Source: Candidatus Avelusimicrobium sp. (GTDB lineage Bacteria; Elusimicrobiota; Elusimicrobia; Elusimicrobiales; Elusimicrobiaceae). Taken from it: a DNA stretch of 64,000 bases. The stretch covers positions 138,930-202,929 of the forward strand of contig NZ_JBNMIY010000002.1 in NCBI RefSeq assembly GCF_050873505.1, given 5' to 3'. Positions 10,001 through 19,600 of this stretch are shown here, one piece after another. The notes beneath the pieces are model-generated. The model saw only the letters and a list, made by a program, of their open reading frames with translations, ran no database searches and was not told where the DNA came from. Within the stretch, counting starts at the first letter, position 1; each line of letters opens with the position of its first letter. The position numbers were made by a program, and so were the translations under genes.

Positions 10001-11036
10001 AGGCGAACAAGAAGTAAAAACAGAATTGGCTAAACCCAAATACGAGGGTGCCTACGACCCGGCCAAAGTCAAAGAGGACGAGAAAAACCAAGAAGAAGTT
10101 TTGGCCAAACTCAAAGCCGAAGGCCAGGACTATAACACCAAGCCTATGGACACCTACGAAACGGTAACCGGGGCGGAAAAGGAATCCCCTGAAGGAATGC
10201 TTTTGGGGTCTGCGTATCTCTTCGGGCGCGAAACATTGGGCAACTTGGGCGTAACTGAGAGTATGTATGTTCCCGCCTCTTTACAGAATCGCTTGCAATA
10301 TCAAGCGGCCAGCGTGAACTTTAACCGTGCATCCGGCGAGGGTAACAAGGTAAAGAACCAAAAGGCCCTTGATAACATTATTAAGGCGCAAACCGAGAAT
10401 GTTGCGGTGCAAAAACGCGTTACCTTGGAAAGTTATAAACCGTATGTTTCCGCGGCCGAACTGAAACAAATGGGCGCTTGGTATGACGAGTATTTAAACA
10501 TGGTGATTGCTTCCTTGCGCAGCAATGCTTCGTCTGCCACCAAGCAGAAACAGCAGGAAGATGCGGCAAAATTGCTTACCTCACGCCTTCACCCAGTGGA
10601 AGAGCGGGTCCAACGTCAACAGGAACTCTTAGGTGAGGCATTTTCCTGGCAAGAAAAAGCCAGAAATGAAATTCTCTTGTCTGCTGAAAAAACCTATTGG
10701 ATTATAAAGTTTGCTCAATATGGCTTGTCGGACAAATCCGGCGAAGCGCGGGCGTTCTTTGAGTCCTTTATTCCCCGCTTTTTGAGTGTGAGTGATATCA
10801 AGGATAATAATGCAAAAATGGCGGCCGCTGAAAAGTTGAATCAAGAATTGACGAACAAATATACCGAGTGGGAAACTAAATATATTGAACCCGCAAAGAA
10901 CAAGCACAACCAACAGGTAAAAACGGAAAAGGCGGAGCCGTTTGCTTCGGGCTCTTCCCAGCAAACCATACAGGTTGATAGCACGGATAATCCGCTGAAA
11001 AACTTCCACTTGGACAAGCCGGCGACCGCGCAATAA
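7044..11036 (+). CDS. Large (1330 aa) signal-peptide protein of unknown function, paralog B
   Basis: The signal peptide is identical to paralog A. Long near-identical blocks alternate with replaced patches, and both proteins end in KPATAQ. Confidence 0.85.
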   Translation: MQSFLCRVLAVVFALNCILPTPSAWAQVRRAPAQKAKTGTSSRTNVGAAVSQAADKQLQTKINNATKRYENRKLTWVQRKNALVELHRLKDQQATQEEARAKKAAQEAARQAAEAYQQDLRSGRVVARDATYVAPRPVTLPIKAPKNDVLELLANDELTLQNMGEFIDPMGNPNDNYLMNTVYASEALGNTLDYMQEMAKNGSMDGAALAQFNQDLKDVYLRMAYREISLSAKPHDSMVRTMAVGSLRIAMLKTHNYFTAMGIKDPLLTKQNQPVATTGKGSTKPYTELDGKRIFYPTPNAQSVLPPNYFEALQNKYINEMTAAAKLGVKTSDEKFQDVLALADYATKYTLLNDPLSVAVLVKKFDSSAKDTDFKADNAPVVNQIIAGVVDEARQEARGSQKWNNAMQFFANFSDPKSYSLSTRVIALEAASVLMGNQAGDKMGQGEFALRQTFARRAADLYEPLQGSYYKDYGLDSKQMQALSDKLSNIYNQFATEPLKLVEITNNGTTAIPGVKGLIEPGEKGIVIANDPKTSIPAIAPANSGNMVQNPDGSVRTIYGYVYTSKGRWVEIAQHNNLNRAKVDKENATAFFKFVGDVFLWVYAGAILQTACQAFSFARGAMLALPKALNVAAKSNKGRKLLAFRVELTKAGRLASYTAKAAGNNVTLTVRYIETGKAPTTTLPAKMGEGVAPVVKKVEQPSMRVLQNKYPLWNPNRWLGLPRNRQIIGLDASQVLPGGVVNNWSLDFTGRLASLQDGVKNYEMLRLINHSIQGAQKSVGIYPWRLLTFAELREAQAYSRMYAISQNVAQSGGFDGWVNVKIPVYGSDKMPVLASQPGATGVTMETSWFNVTKLGKPANELASTDVVIAPAMGRASALTTFDPLSIPGAVKFPAQMLKDGQWVRQVGEQYFSVATYNNKLGNLFMPHLIPTKAFAQEFVTNPRFAWTMGKAWLKNSAFAQNLKFFGWWALADYAVYPFVMGHVTGKGEQEVKTELAKPKYEGAYDPAKVKEDEKNQEEVLAKLKAEGQDYNTKPMDTYETVTGAEKESPEGMLLGSAYLFGRETLGNLGVTESMYVPASLQNRLQYQAASVNFNRASGEGNKVKNQKALDNIIKAQTENVAVQKRVTLESYKPYVSAAELKQMGAWYDEYLNMVIASLRSNASSATKQKQQEDAAKLLTSRLHPVEERVQRQQELLGEAFSWQEKARNEILLSAEKTYWIIKFAQYGLSDKSGEARAFFESFIPRFLSVSDIKDNNAKMAAAEKLNQELTNKYTEWETKYIEPAKNKHNQQVKTEKAEPFASGSSQQTIQVDSTDNPLKNFHLDKPATAQ

Positions 11037-11054
11037 CAAGTCTGTACAATATAA

Positions 11055-11095
11055 AACACCCTGGGATATTTAGTTACCCCGGGGCGTTTTTGTGA
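11055..11095 (+). terminator. Intrinsic terminator of paralog B
   Basis: An imperfect hairpin ACACCCTGGG...CCCCGGGGCGT is followed by T5. Confidence 0.55.
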
Positions 11096-11121
11096 TAGTT
11101 TAGTAGCCGTTTATTAATGGG

Positions 11122-12066
11122 TTACTTGAAATTAATACGCTCCTTTTCTATCACCAGCGGACGCTTCAACACTTGGGTTAAAATAGCCCCGATGTACTCG
11201 CCGATGATACCAATAAAAAAGAGTTGCACGGAAGAAAAGAACAGCACCCCCAGTAAGATAGGAGCCGTGCCCATAGGGAATTTGTCCCAATACAAAAGTT
11301 TTAACACCAAATAGACAAACGCCAAGGCTAAACTAATCCCCCCTAATAAAAAACCGCCCATTGCGGCCAGGCGCAGGGGCACCTTAGAGTGATTGGTAAA
11401 TCCAATCATCGCGTTGTCATAGAGTGTGTAAAAATTATTTTTGGTAAATCCGCGCGTGCGGGTAGGCTGTACAAACGGCACTAATGCGCGCTTATAGCCC
11501 AGTTCGCACACGAGCCCGCGCAAATACGGGTACGGGTCATTTAAGCGGCGCAGTTCCTCTACCACGCATTTGTCGTACAGACCGAAGCCCGTGCAGTTGG
11601 CGGGCAGTTGCGCGCCGGAATCGTTAAGCAGATTAAGCAGCCAATAATAAAAACGCCGCACCGTAAAAAACAAAACGGATTCCTTGCTCTGCGTTTTCTG
11701 CGCCAGCACTACTTTAAACCCCTCTTCCCATTTGGCTAAAAATTGCCCGATGAGCGCGGGCGGGTCCTGCAAGTCGGACGCCATATAAATAACCGCGTCC
11801 CCGTGGCATTGCAAAATGCCGTAATAGGGCGAACGGATGTGCCCAAAGTTGCGGGCGTTGGCAATGACCTTAAAATGCGGGTCCTGCGCGGCAATTTTGC
11901 GCAGTTCGTCCAATGTGCCGTCGGTAGAGGCGTTATCCAGCACCAACTGCTCGTAGTCGTATTTATCCGCGTATTTGGCCATTTCGGCCTTTACCTGCTT
12001 GTAGAGTTCCCACACGTTTTCCTGCTCGTTAAACGCGCTGGAAATAATAGAAATTTTCTTCTTCAT
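11122..12066 (-). CDS. Family 2 glycosyltransferase, polyprenyl-phosphate sugar transferase type (GtrB/ArnC-like)
   Basis: The N-terminus ISIISSAFNEQENV...LDNASTDGT is typical of GT2, and there are two C-terminal TM helices as in GtrB-like enzymes. It overlaps the upstream gene by 4 nt. Confidence 0.8.
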   Translation of the reverse strand: MKKKISIISSAFNEQENVWELYKQVKAEMAKYADKYDYEQLVLDNASTDGTLDELRKIAAQDPHFKVIANARNFGHIRSPYYGILQCHGDAVIYMASDLQDPPALIGQFLAKWEEGFKVVLAQKTQSKESVLFFTVRRFYYWLLNLLNDSGAQLPANCTGFGLYDKCVVEELRRLNDPYPYLRGLVCELGYKRALVPFVQPTRTRGFTKNNFYTLYDNAMIGFTNHSKVPLRLAAMGGFLLGGISLALAFVYLVLKLLYWDKFPMGTAPILLGVLFFSSVQLFFIGIIGEYIGAILTQVLKRPLVIEKERINFK

Positions 12067-12485
12067 TTATGAAACACCAACTTTTTATTAAGTATAAAGC
12101 CAAGCATTGCAAGCGGCAATATCAAAATTGCCCCCGCCACATATAAGTTAAGCCCCAGGGCGGACAGTATTTTAAGCCCCGCCACATTGCACAAATAAAC
12201 CACCCCATACACGCCAAAAAACTTACCTAACAGTGCGTTATTGTGGCTTTGGAATACAATTCCGCCAATGGTTTTAAAATTGAACAGCACCCCCAAAACG
12301 GTGGAGCAAAGCGGCGCGAAAATATAGTTAAACCCAATCCACACAAAAAGCACATACAGGCTGTACGCAAATGCCGTATTTAAGGTGCCCACATATAAAA
12401 AGCAGACGAACTGCTCCGGCAGGTGCAAAATTCGCGCCGTCAGCCGGACAATTTCTTTAAAAGCGGCGGCTATAAAAGTTTTCAT
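12063..12485 (-). CDS. GtrA-family small membrane protein (putative polyprenyl-sugar flippase)
   Basis: 140 aa with four hydrophobic helices and the typical position next to a GtrB-like GT2. ATGA-type overlaps occur at both ends. Confidence 0.7.
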   Translation of the reverse strand: MKTFIAAAFKEIVRLTARILHLPEQFVCFLYVGTLNTAFAYSLYVLFVWIGFNYIFAPLCSTVLGVLFNFKTIGGIVFQSHNNALLGKFFGVYGVVYLCNVAGLKILSALGLNLYVAGAILILPLAMLGFILNKKLVFHK

Positions 12486-13054
12486 TGGGTGGTTTCCCCC
12501 TTATAAAGCCGCGCGGCCCATTTGGCCAAAAAGTAGCCTAAAAGGGCCCCCAGCGCGTTATTTAGCACATCGTCTATATCGCACACGCCCAAACGCGTAT
12601 AAGCCTGTAAACCTTCAATTAAGCAGGAAACCAGCGTGCCGAGGATAAGCGTTTTCCACCAAGTGCATTTTTTCCACAAAAACGGCAGTAAAAACCCAAG
12701 AGGCAAGAAGAAAACGATGTTTAAAACCATATCTTGCAACGGGGCGTTTTGGGAGATTTTAAATACATTGTTCCGCGTTTGCAAGACATTGTTGCACACA
12801 TTGGCGGAAACAGTTCCGTCTTTTAGCAAGCAATGCGCCGCCAAGCGGTAAATTTTCAGCACTTCCATACGAAGTACCAAGCCCGGCTTGGGGGTGCGGC
12901 ACAAAAAGGCTAAATAGACTACACTTCCCGCATATAAAAACGTCCAAACGGGATAGTACCAGTTGCGGTAGCGTTTCCCCCCAAACTTCCGCCCCCAAGG
13001 CAAAAGAAGCAGGGAAACAACGATAAATAAAATAAAAATAATGGTGGCTGTCAT
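12482..13054 (-). CDS. VanZ-like membrane protein
   Basis: 190 aa. The motifs NIVFFLPLGFLLPF and DIDDVLNNALGALLGY resemble VanZ-family signatures. Confidence 0.65.
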   Translation of the reverse strand: MTATIIFILFIVVSLLLLPWGRKFGGKRYRNWYYPVWTFLYAGSVVYLAFLCRTPKPGLVLRMEVLKIYRLAAHCLLKDGTVSANVCNNVLQTRNNVFKISQNAPLQDMVLNIVFFLPLGFLLPFLWKKCTWWKTLILGTLVSCLIEGLQAYTRLGVCDIDDVLNNALGALLGYFLAKWAARLYKGETTQ

Positions 13055-13177
13055 CGTTTTACGCGGCGCTTCTTACACGGAGCGCCGTATAAAACATTGT
13101 AAGTAAACGGGAGTTGCTTGTCAATGTAAATAGAATACCCCGCGCGGGAAAGGCGCGGGGCGGTGTCATAAAGGCGG

Positions 13178-14419
13178 CTAGTTTAAGGCCGGGCCGTTAC
13201 CCGTATCAGCGGGTTTATCGGCGGCTAAATCCGCGAACTTTTGCGCCATTGTCGGGTTCTTTTTTACCAGTTTTTTAACGGTTAAATCTTGCGCCTTGTC
13301 ATTGGCCAAGCGCAGGTTATTTTCCGAAGATAACAGCGCATCTTTGGTCTTTTGCAGGTGGTCAATGGTTTTATCAATTTCCTCAATGGCTTTTTTGAAC
13401 TTGTCGCTGGCTAACTGGTAATTGCGCCCGAATTTGGCCTTGAACTCGTTGATATCGTCCTCAAAGTGCGAAATATCCAAATTTTGGTTCTTTACTTCGG
13501 CCAGTTGGCGGCGGTAATCCGCCGAGTTCAGCGCCGCGTTGCGCAGCAGCGTAATCATCGGGATAAAAAATTGCGGGCGGATGACGTACATTTTGGGATA
13601 TTTGTAAGACACATCCACAATGCCCGTGTTGTACAGTTCGTTGTCGGCCTCCAACAGCGAAACCAGCACCGCATATTCGCACCCCTTTTCGTTGCGGTCC
13701 TTGTCCAATTCCTTGAAAAAATCCTCGTTTTTATGCTTAGTGGCGGTGGTGTCCATTTCGTTCTTCATTTCAAACATAATGGAGATAAATTCCACCCCAT
13801 CGGCGGTTTGCTCGCGGAAGATATAGTCGCCCTTGCTGCCGGTGCGGGCGTCGTTGTCCTTTTCAAAATACGCATTTTGAAAGCCCGTCGCGCGCAGGCG
13901 GTTGAACTCAATCTCGCAATGTTTTTCCAGCGTTTCGCCCAGCATTTTGGTTGACATTTTGGCCTTTAAATCCTTGTAGAACGCAATTTCCTGGTCCTTG
14001 GCTTTCAGTTGCACTTCGTAATTGTCCTTTAAGGATTGGGTTTGCAACTGGATTTGGTTTTGGGCGTCGTTCAGTTGCGCGCGGAGCGATAAGAGTTCTT
14101 TTTCCTTATCGTTCAAGCGGTCCTTTTCCCCCGCCACCGCACGGTTGACGGCCAACTCCTGTGCGGTTTGCGCGGCGGAAATTTGCGCCTTTAAGGCGGT
14201 TATTTTCTGCTCGTAGGCCGAGGCGGCCTCCTGCTTATCGGCCTGCGCCTGGGTCTTTAAAACGGCAATTTCGCTGGCTTGTTCCTTGGCCAGTTGCGCG
14301 GAGCGCGCTTCCAACTCTTTATGAAATTCAGCCGTGCGTACTTGGCTTAACAAATCGGCATAGCCGGACTGGTCCACTTGAAAAACTTGTCCGCAATGCG
14401 GGCACTTGATTTCTGGCAT
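13178..14419 (-). CDS. DUF2130-like protein: N-terminal zinc ribbon, long coiled coil, and a C-terminal PD-(D/E)xK-like region
   Basis: Contains [13 protein letters not shown], a Q/A/K/E-rich coiled coil, and GDYIF...IMFEMKNE. I prefer the ATG at 14419 because AAGGAG lies 9 nt upstream; the track start at 14428 is TTG. Confidence 0.75.
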   Translation of the reverse strand: MPEIKCPHCGQVFQVDQSGYADLLSQVRTAEFHKELEARSAQLAKEQASEIAVLKTQAQADKQEAASAYEQKITALKAQISAAQTAQELAVNRAVAGEKDRLNDKEKELLSLRAQLNDAQNQIQLQTQSLKDNYEVQLKAKDQEIAFYKDLKAKMSTKMLGETLEKHCEIEFNRLRATGFQNAYFEKDNDARTGSKGDYIFREQTADGVEFISIMFEMKNEMDTTATKHKNEDFFKELDKDRNEKGCEYAVLVSLLEADNELYNTGIVDVSYKYPKMYVIRPQFFIPMITLLRNAALNSADYRRQLAEVKNQNLDISHFEDDINEFKAKFGRNYQLASDKFKKAIEEIDKTIDHLQKTKDALLSSENNLRLANDKAQDLTVKKLVKKNPTMAQKFADLAADKPADTGNGPALN

Positions 14420-14498
14420 ATTGTACAACTCCTTAAAAAATTCCTTCTTCTATTATACCAAGTAGGCGTTATACCGTGTTTAATCCGTCCGTGAAAAT

Positions 14499-14507
14499 TG
14501 CTACAAT
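14499..14507 (+). promoter_or_regulatory. Candidate extended -10 promoter TGcTACAAT for ppa
   Basis: The sequence AAATTGCTACAATA lies 33 nt upstream of the ppa ATG. The same 14-mer core occurs at 60858-60871. Confidence 0.4.
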
Positions 14508-14539
14508 AGATAAGTAAATTACTGATTAAAGAGGAAAAA

Positions 14540-15118
14540 ATGTTTGCAAATTTCAATCCGTGGCACCACGTTTCGCCCGGCGATAAAGATTCTTTACCTT
14601 ATGTTGTAAACGGAATTATTGAAATTCCGAAAGGCACCCGCGCCAAATACGAACTGGACAAGGCCAGCGGCCTTTTGCGCTTGGACCGCGTACTCTATTC
14701 GTCCGTGTATTATCCGGCCAACTACGGCTTTATCCCGCGCACGTACGGGGCGGATAAGGACCCGTTGGATATTTTAATTTTATCCCAGGCCGAAGTAGTT
14801 CCGCTGTGCATTGTACCGGCGCGCATTATCGGCGTAATGCGGATGCTTGATAACGGCGAGGCGGATGATAAAATCATCGGCGTAGCACAGGGCGATCCGA
14901 ACGTTAGCCATTATACCGATATTTCCCAACTGCCGGAACACTTAATTTCGGAAACGATGAGTTTCTTTGAAGATTATAAAAAGTTGGAAAACAAAACGGT
15001 AGTGGTGGAAAAGATTTTTGATAAGCAAACGGCTATCAAAATTTTGAAGGAAGCCTTTATTGCGTACGAAGAAAAATTTGTAACGTACAGCAACTTTACC
15101 CGTAACTTGGATAAATAA
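14540..15118 (+). CDS. ppa: Inorganic pyrophosphatase, family I
   Basis: The segments [16 protein letters not shown] and [24 protein letters not shown] match family I PPase signatures. Confidence 0.92.
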   Translation: MFANFNPWHHVSPGDKDSLPYVVNGIIEIPKGTRAKYELDKASGLLRLDRVLYSSVYYPANYGFIPRTYGADKDPLDILILSQAEVVPLCIVPARIIGVMRMLDNGEADDKIIGVAQGDPNVSHYTDISQLPEHLISETMSFFEDYKKLENKTVVVEKIFDKQTAIKILKEAFIAYEEKFVTYSNFTRNLDK

Positions 15119-15141
15119 TTAAAGGTAAACTTTGTCCTTTT

Positions 15142-15168
15142 AGTGCCCGGTAATAGCCGGGCACTTTT
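15142..15168 (+). terminator. Intrinsic terminator after ppa
   Basis: A 9-bp stem AGTGCCCGG/CCGGGCACT is followed by T4. Confidence 0.6.
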
Positions 15169-15180
15169 GGTAATATAACG

Positions 15181-15951
15181 ATGCTAAAACCCGCGATTCT
15201 TGTAAAAGCCTGCCTGCAAATTTTCTTTTCTGGACTAATGGTCTTAATTTGCCTGCTTATGCCGATGCTAGCAGATATTGAGTTTGGGAATTTGCGTTCG
15301 GTATTTGCGGGCATTTTATTTTGGAGCAACCTTTTTCTGCTGGGAGTTTTTGGGATATACCGGGCCATCACCGATTTAAAAACTCTTTCCCCCAATAAAA
15401 AATTACTGGTAACACCGCTTGCTATTTTGCACAGTTCCACCCGCCTTTTGGGTGTTTCCCGCGGACGTTTTTTATGGGCGGCCTGCTTAAACCCGCTGGA
15501 TATGAACATTTCCACGGCTTACACCCTTTGGGCGCTAGTAATGACGGTAGGTTTATTATGCTTGCTTCCTGCGGCGGGTTCGTTGCGGGCCAAACTTCTT
15601 TTTATTACTTTTTTTCTTGTACTTCGCTTGGGCGTAAAAGTTACCGTTTTGCTCCAATATAGCCGTTTGTACACCCAACTGGCAGATGTGCAAACAACTA
15701 TTGACGAGCACGGTATTGGGTGGACTTTGCTTGATAAAAGCGAGGAAGAATTGAGCGATGAGTTTACCCCGCAGGACGAATATATCGCCTTTACTCCTTG
15801 GGAAAAAGTAAAAGCCATACGCTATCATAAAAATTATGTAATCTTATATAGTGCCGACAGAGATTACATTTATTTCGTAAACTCCCCCCTAGAAAAGAAA
15901 ATCATAAACACCTATTTTGCTTTTTCTAAACCGTACAAAACATCAAACTAA
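15181..15951 (+). CDS. Hypothetical multi-pass membrane protein
   Basis: A 256-aa ORF with about 5 hydrophobic segments in the N-terminal two thirds. I recognise no motif. Confidence 0.55.
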   Translation: MLKPAILVKACLQIFFSGLMVLICLLMPMLADIEFGNLRSVFAGILFWSNLFLLGVFGIYRAITDLKTLSPNKKLLVTPLAILHSSTRLLGVSRGRFLWAACLNPLDMNISTAYTLWALVMTVGLLCLLPAAGSLRAKLLFITFFLVLRLGVKVTVLLQYSRLYTQLADVQTTIDEHGIGWTLLDKSEEELSDEFTPQDEYIAFTPWEKVKAIRYHKNYVILYSADRDYIYFVNSPLEKKIINTYFAFSKPYKTSN

Positions 15952-15958
15952 TAAGTTT

Positions 15959-16645
15959 TCATCCCAACACCTTGCGTTCCAATTCTATTTTAAGAGCCTT
16001 ATAATGTGGGCATTTCTGTTCCAACAGGGCAAAAAAATCCTTGTTATGCGCTTTATGGCGGTGGTGGCACAATTCGTGCAAAATAACATAATCAATACAC
16101 CGTTTAGGGGCTTTAATTAGGTCTATGTTTAGTGCGATAGTTCCCCCTTTTAGATAACTCCCCCACCGCTTCTTCATTTGGCGTATTTTTAAAGAAAATT
16201 TTTCACCCACATAATCGGGGAACAGTTTTAAACACACTTGCAACCGTTCCGCAAAAACCCGTTCGGCCCGGGCTTTCATAAACGCAATTAAAAGGGCTTG
16301 AACATTTTTTTCTCCGCCAATAATTAACGTACTTCCGGCAAAGGAAATTTTTTCTTCTTTGCCAGTGTTTACAATTAGTTGGTATCTCCTTCCTAAATAA
16401 AGCACATCGCTGCCACTGGTGAAGCACTGGCTTTTCGGCCTAAACTGCTTAAAAAACTGCTGTTGTCGTTGCACCCAAGGGTATTTTTTAAGCAAAAAGG
16501 CTTGGCGTTCTGCCGTTGGAGCCTTTTTAGGGGTTTTAAAAACCACCTGCCCGGACGGAAAGACCGTAAGCCCGAAACTTTTACGCTCTTCCTCCAACTC
16601 CTCGTACTTAAATTGTGTGGTGCCTGATATAATTGTTTTAGTCAT
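15959..16645 (-). CDS. DUF45/YgjP-like zinc metallopeptidase (M48-type HExxH)
   Basis: The motif HELCHHRHKAHNKDFFALL is typical of YgjP/WLM-like proteins. It overlaps the hsdR stop by 8 nt, a common accessory position in type I R-M operons. Confidence 0.8.
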   Translation of the reverse strand: MTKTIISGTTQFKYEELEEERKSFGLTVFPSGQVVFKTPKKAPTAERQAFLLKKYPWVQRQQQFFKQFRPKSQCFTSGSDVLYLGRRYQLIVNTGKEEKISFAGSTLIIGGEKNVQALLIAFMKARAERVFAERLQVCLKLFPDYVGEKFSLKIRQMKKRWGSYLKGGTIALNIDLIKAPKRCIDYVILHELCHHRHKAHNKDFFALLEQKCPHYKALKIELERKVLG

Positions 16646-19600
16646 TTTTAATGGCCAGGTTCCAAGTATTCTCTATAAAACTTTCAATAAATTCTACCGT
16701 TAGCGGGACATTCATTTTGCCTTTGATTTCATCAAAGAAATAGTCTTCCATTTGGTCGCGCACGGTGCGTTTTACCTCAATACTGTCCTTCCAATCCACT
16801 TTGCGTTCTTTATTGATAATATCCACCAAATGCGTGGCAATTTGTATCAATTCCGCTTCTCCCAAATGCGCCTTTAATTCTTTTTTTAACAGACGGTAAT
16901 AAGGATGGACCTCTTTCCTTTCTTGGATAGATAACGGAATGTCTTTATCCTCATAATTTTCCACTTCGCCCTGTAAGTTTTTGGTTCTATCCAGCAAGGC
17001 TTGCAGGTCTTCTTGCTTTGCAGTGCGTAAATCTGCCAATAAAACCTGCACTTGGCGGCTAAACCTGTCGTAGAAAATAGGGTCCTGGTCCCAGCGTTCA
17101 GAAATTGTTTTTTGCGTTTGTGCGGCAATGGCCTCAGCCTTGGAGCGGTCCGAAAGGCCGTTCTTATCATCCTCAATAAAGCGGTTGAATTCCATTGCGT
17201 CGCTCAAATTAATGGGCTTTGAAAGGAGTTCCACCTCTTGTGCCGCTACATACTTATCCAAGATTTTGCGGATTTGGTCTTGGTATTTAGAAAAATCTAC
17301 CTTTTCTGCCATTACCGTTTGGGCTATTTTTTTAATTTCTATAAACCGCTTTAAGTCTTGGGTAATTGTGTCCAGACGCTTCGGGCATTTTTCATAAAAA
17401 TCCGGTAGCATCCGGCACACATTTAATTCGTTAATTAAGGTATTTACCTGTTCATAAAATTTTTTGCGGCGTTCTTCATTTTCTTTTAATAAGGCAATGT
17501 ACTCCTCGTAATTATCCTTATCTTTTACCGTTTTAAAAGTATCCAACAGGGCTTGATAAACCTGTTCCAAATATGCTATTTTTTCCTCGGTATTTAGCAG
17601 TGCTTTGGCCACATCTTTCTCGTCAAAATTGGAAAACAATTCAAGCGCGTTTTTTAGGTTTTTTGCATTTTTTGAATAATCAAAAATAAAACCGTTTACC
17701 TTTATTTGCTTACCCGGGCGGCCTTCGTAAATACGGTTTACGCGCGCAATGGCTTGCAGTAAATTATGGTCTTTTAACTGTTTAGCCAAATAAAGCGCCG
17801 TATTTACCGGGGCATCAAACCCAGTCAGCAGTTTATCTACCACAATCAACAGTTCACACCCGTCCGGATCCTTTTTAAAGGAATTAATTTGCGTCTGCTC
17901 GTAGCGCTCCAAAGAGCCAAACATATGTTTTTGTTTATCCAAAAACTGCGCTATTGCCCGTTTGTGTTCGGGCAAACTGTCGTCGTCCTCGGCGTTGGGC
18001 GTATCGGAAATAATTACCGCACTTTTTATGCCGCCGAGCAAATCCAACGCTTCCTTAAAGCAGATAGCCGCATATTTGGAGGGCAAAACAGCCTGTGCTT
18101 TTAGGCCGGTTCCTTGGAAATTTTTTATAAAATGCTTACGCACATCCAGAGCAATCATTTCAATACGCTGGGAGGTCTCCTCAATGATTTTGGAATTAAC
18201 AAACTTGCGCGCCAGTTGGGCCTTTTGTTCTTTGGTTAGCGGCTCAACAATTTGGTTGAAAAAAGCATCCATTGCTTCACTGGCCTGTTGCTCTACAAAA
18301 AGCCCCTGGTAAATAAGCGGCAGAACGGCGCCGTCCGCCTGTGCTTCGGAAATAGTGTAAGCATCAATTAATCCGCCAAATTGGGCGATAGAGGTGGGTT
18401 TGTCCTTTTTAAGCAAAGGTGTACCCGTAAAGCCCAAAACACACGCATTAGGTAGCATTTGTATCATTTTTTCGCGTCCAATACCGCCTTGGGTTCGGTG
18501 GGCCTCGTCCACCAAAACAAAAATGTCCGGGTCATTATCCACATACAAGGGCTTTTTCATTTCGGCAAATTTATGGATAAGCGTGGTAATTACGTGCGGG
18601 CTTTTTTCTTTAATTAGCCGCTTTAAATGGTCGGCGGAAGAAGCCTGCACGACATCTTTTTTGATGTTGCAAGCGGCAAAGGTATCACGGATTTGCTCGT
18701 CTAATTGCGTGCGGTCCGTTACTACGATAATGCGCGGGTGCTGGATAATTTCAATCAGGTTTTTAACCAGCATTACCATTGTTAAACTTTTGCCGGAGCC
18801 CTGTGTGTGCCAAATCAGCCCGCCCTTGCGTTTACCGTCTTGTATGGTTTTAATGCGCGATAATGTACTTTTTATGGCGTAATATTGCTGGTAGCGTGCG
18901 ATTTTTTTAATGTTGTTGTCATATACAATAAAATTTTTGACAATATCCAACAGGTGAACTGGTTCCAGCAACGCATAAAGGCCTGTGTTTTGGGCATTTA
19001 GCGGAATTTCCGTTTGCTTAAAATGGCTCCGCAGCAAATCTTGTCCGATAGTAGCCAATGTAGCGGTATCTACCGCGTGGTTTTGGCTGGCAAAGGCATT
19101 ATTGCGGACTTCCTGCACCTGCTCGTCCGTACCGCGCAATTTCCACTCGGAATAAAACGACGCCGGGGTAAGCATTGTGCCATATTTAAAATCCTCCCGG
19201 TTGGTGGCAATGAGGATTTGCGGGTAAAGGAAGAACTTAGGCACTTGGCTGCCTTGTTGGTTGCGCAGCATTTGCACAACGGCTTCTTTTACGGGGACGG
19301 ACGGCTTTTTGTTTTCTATTACCGCCAGTGGAATTCCGTTTACAAACAGCACGATGTCCGGGCGGCGGTTGCTTCCTTCGGTAATTTCAAACTCGGCCGC
19401 CACGTGGAAAGCGTTATTTTGCGGGTGTTCAAAATCAATAAATTTAAGTTGCGGGGATTGGGTCTTGCCGTTGATGAACTCCTGCACGCCACACCCGGCC
19501 ACCAAAGTAGTGTAAATATATTCCGAGGCTTTAATTACACCGTCATCCAAGCGGGGTTTTTCCAAATCCGCTAGTGCTTTATAGATGCTCTGGTCAGAAA

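Noticed and set aside
3075-11059. Numerous antisense or alternate-frame ORFs of 60-213 aa inside the two large paralog genes (for example 3075-3575, 3612-4061, 6275-6916, 10629-11039).
   Set aside because: All are nested in 4-kb ORFs that have strong start signals. None has an SD, and their compositions are skewed as expected for shadow frames.
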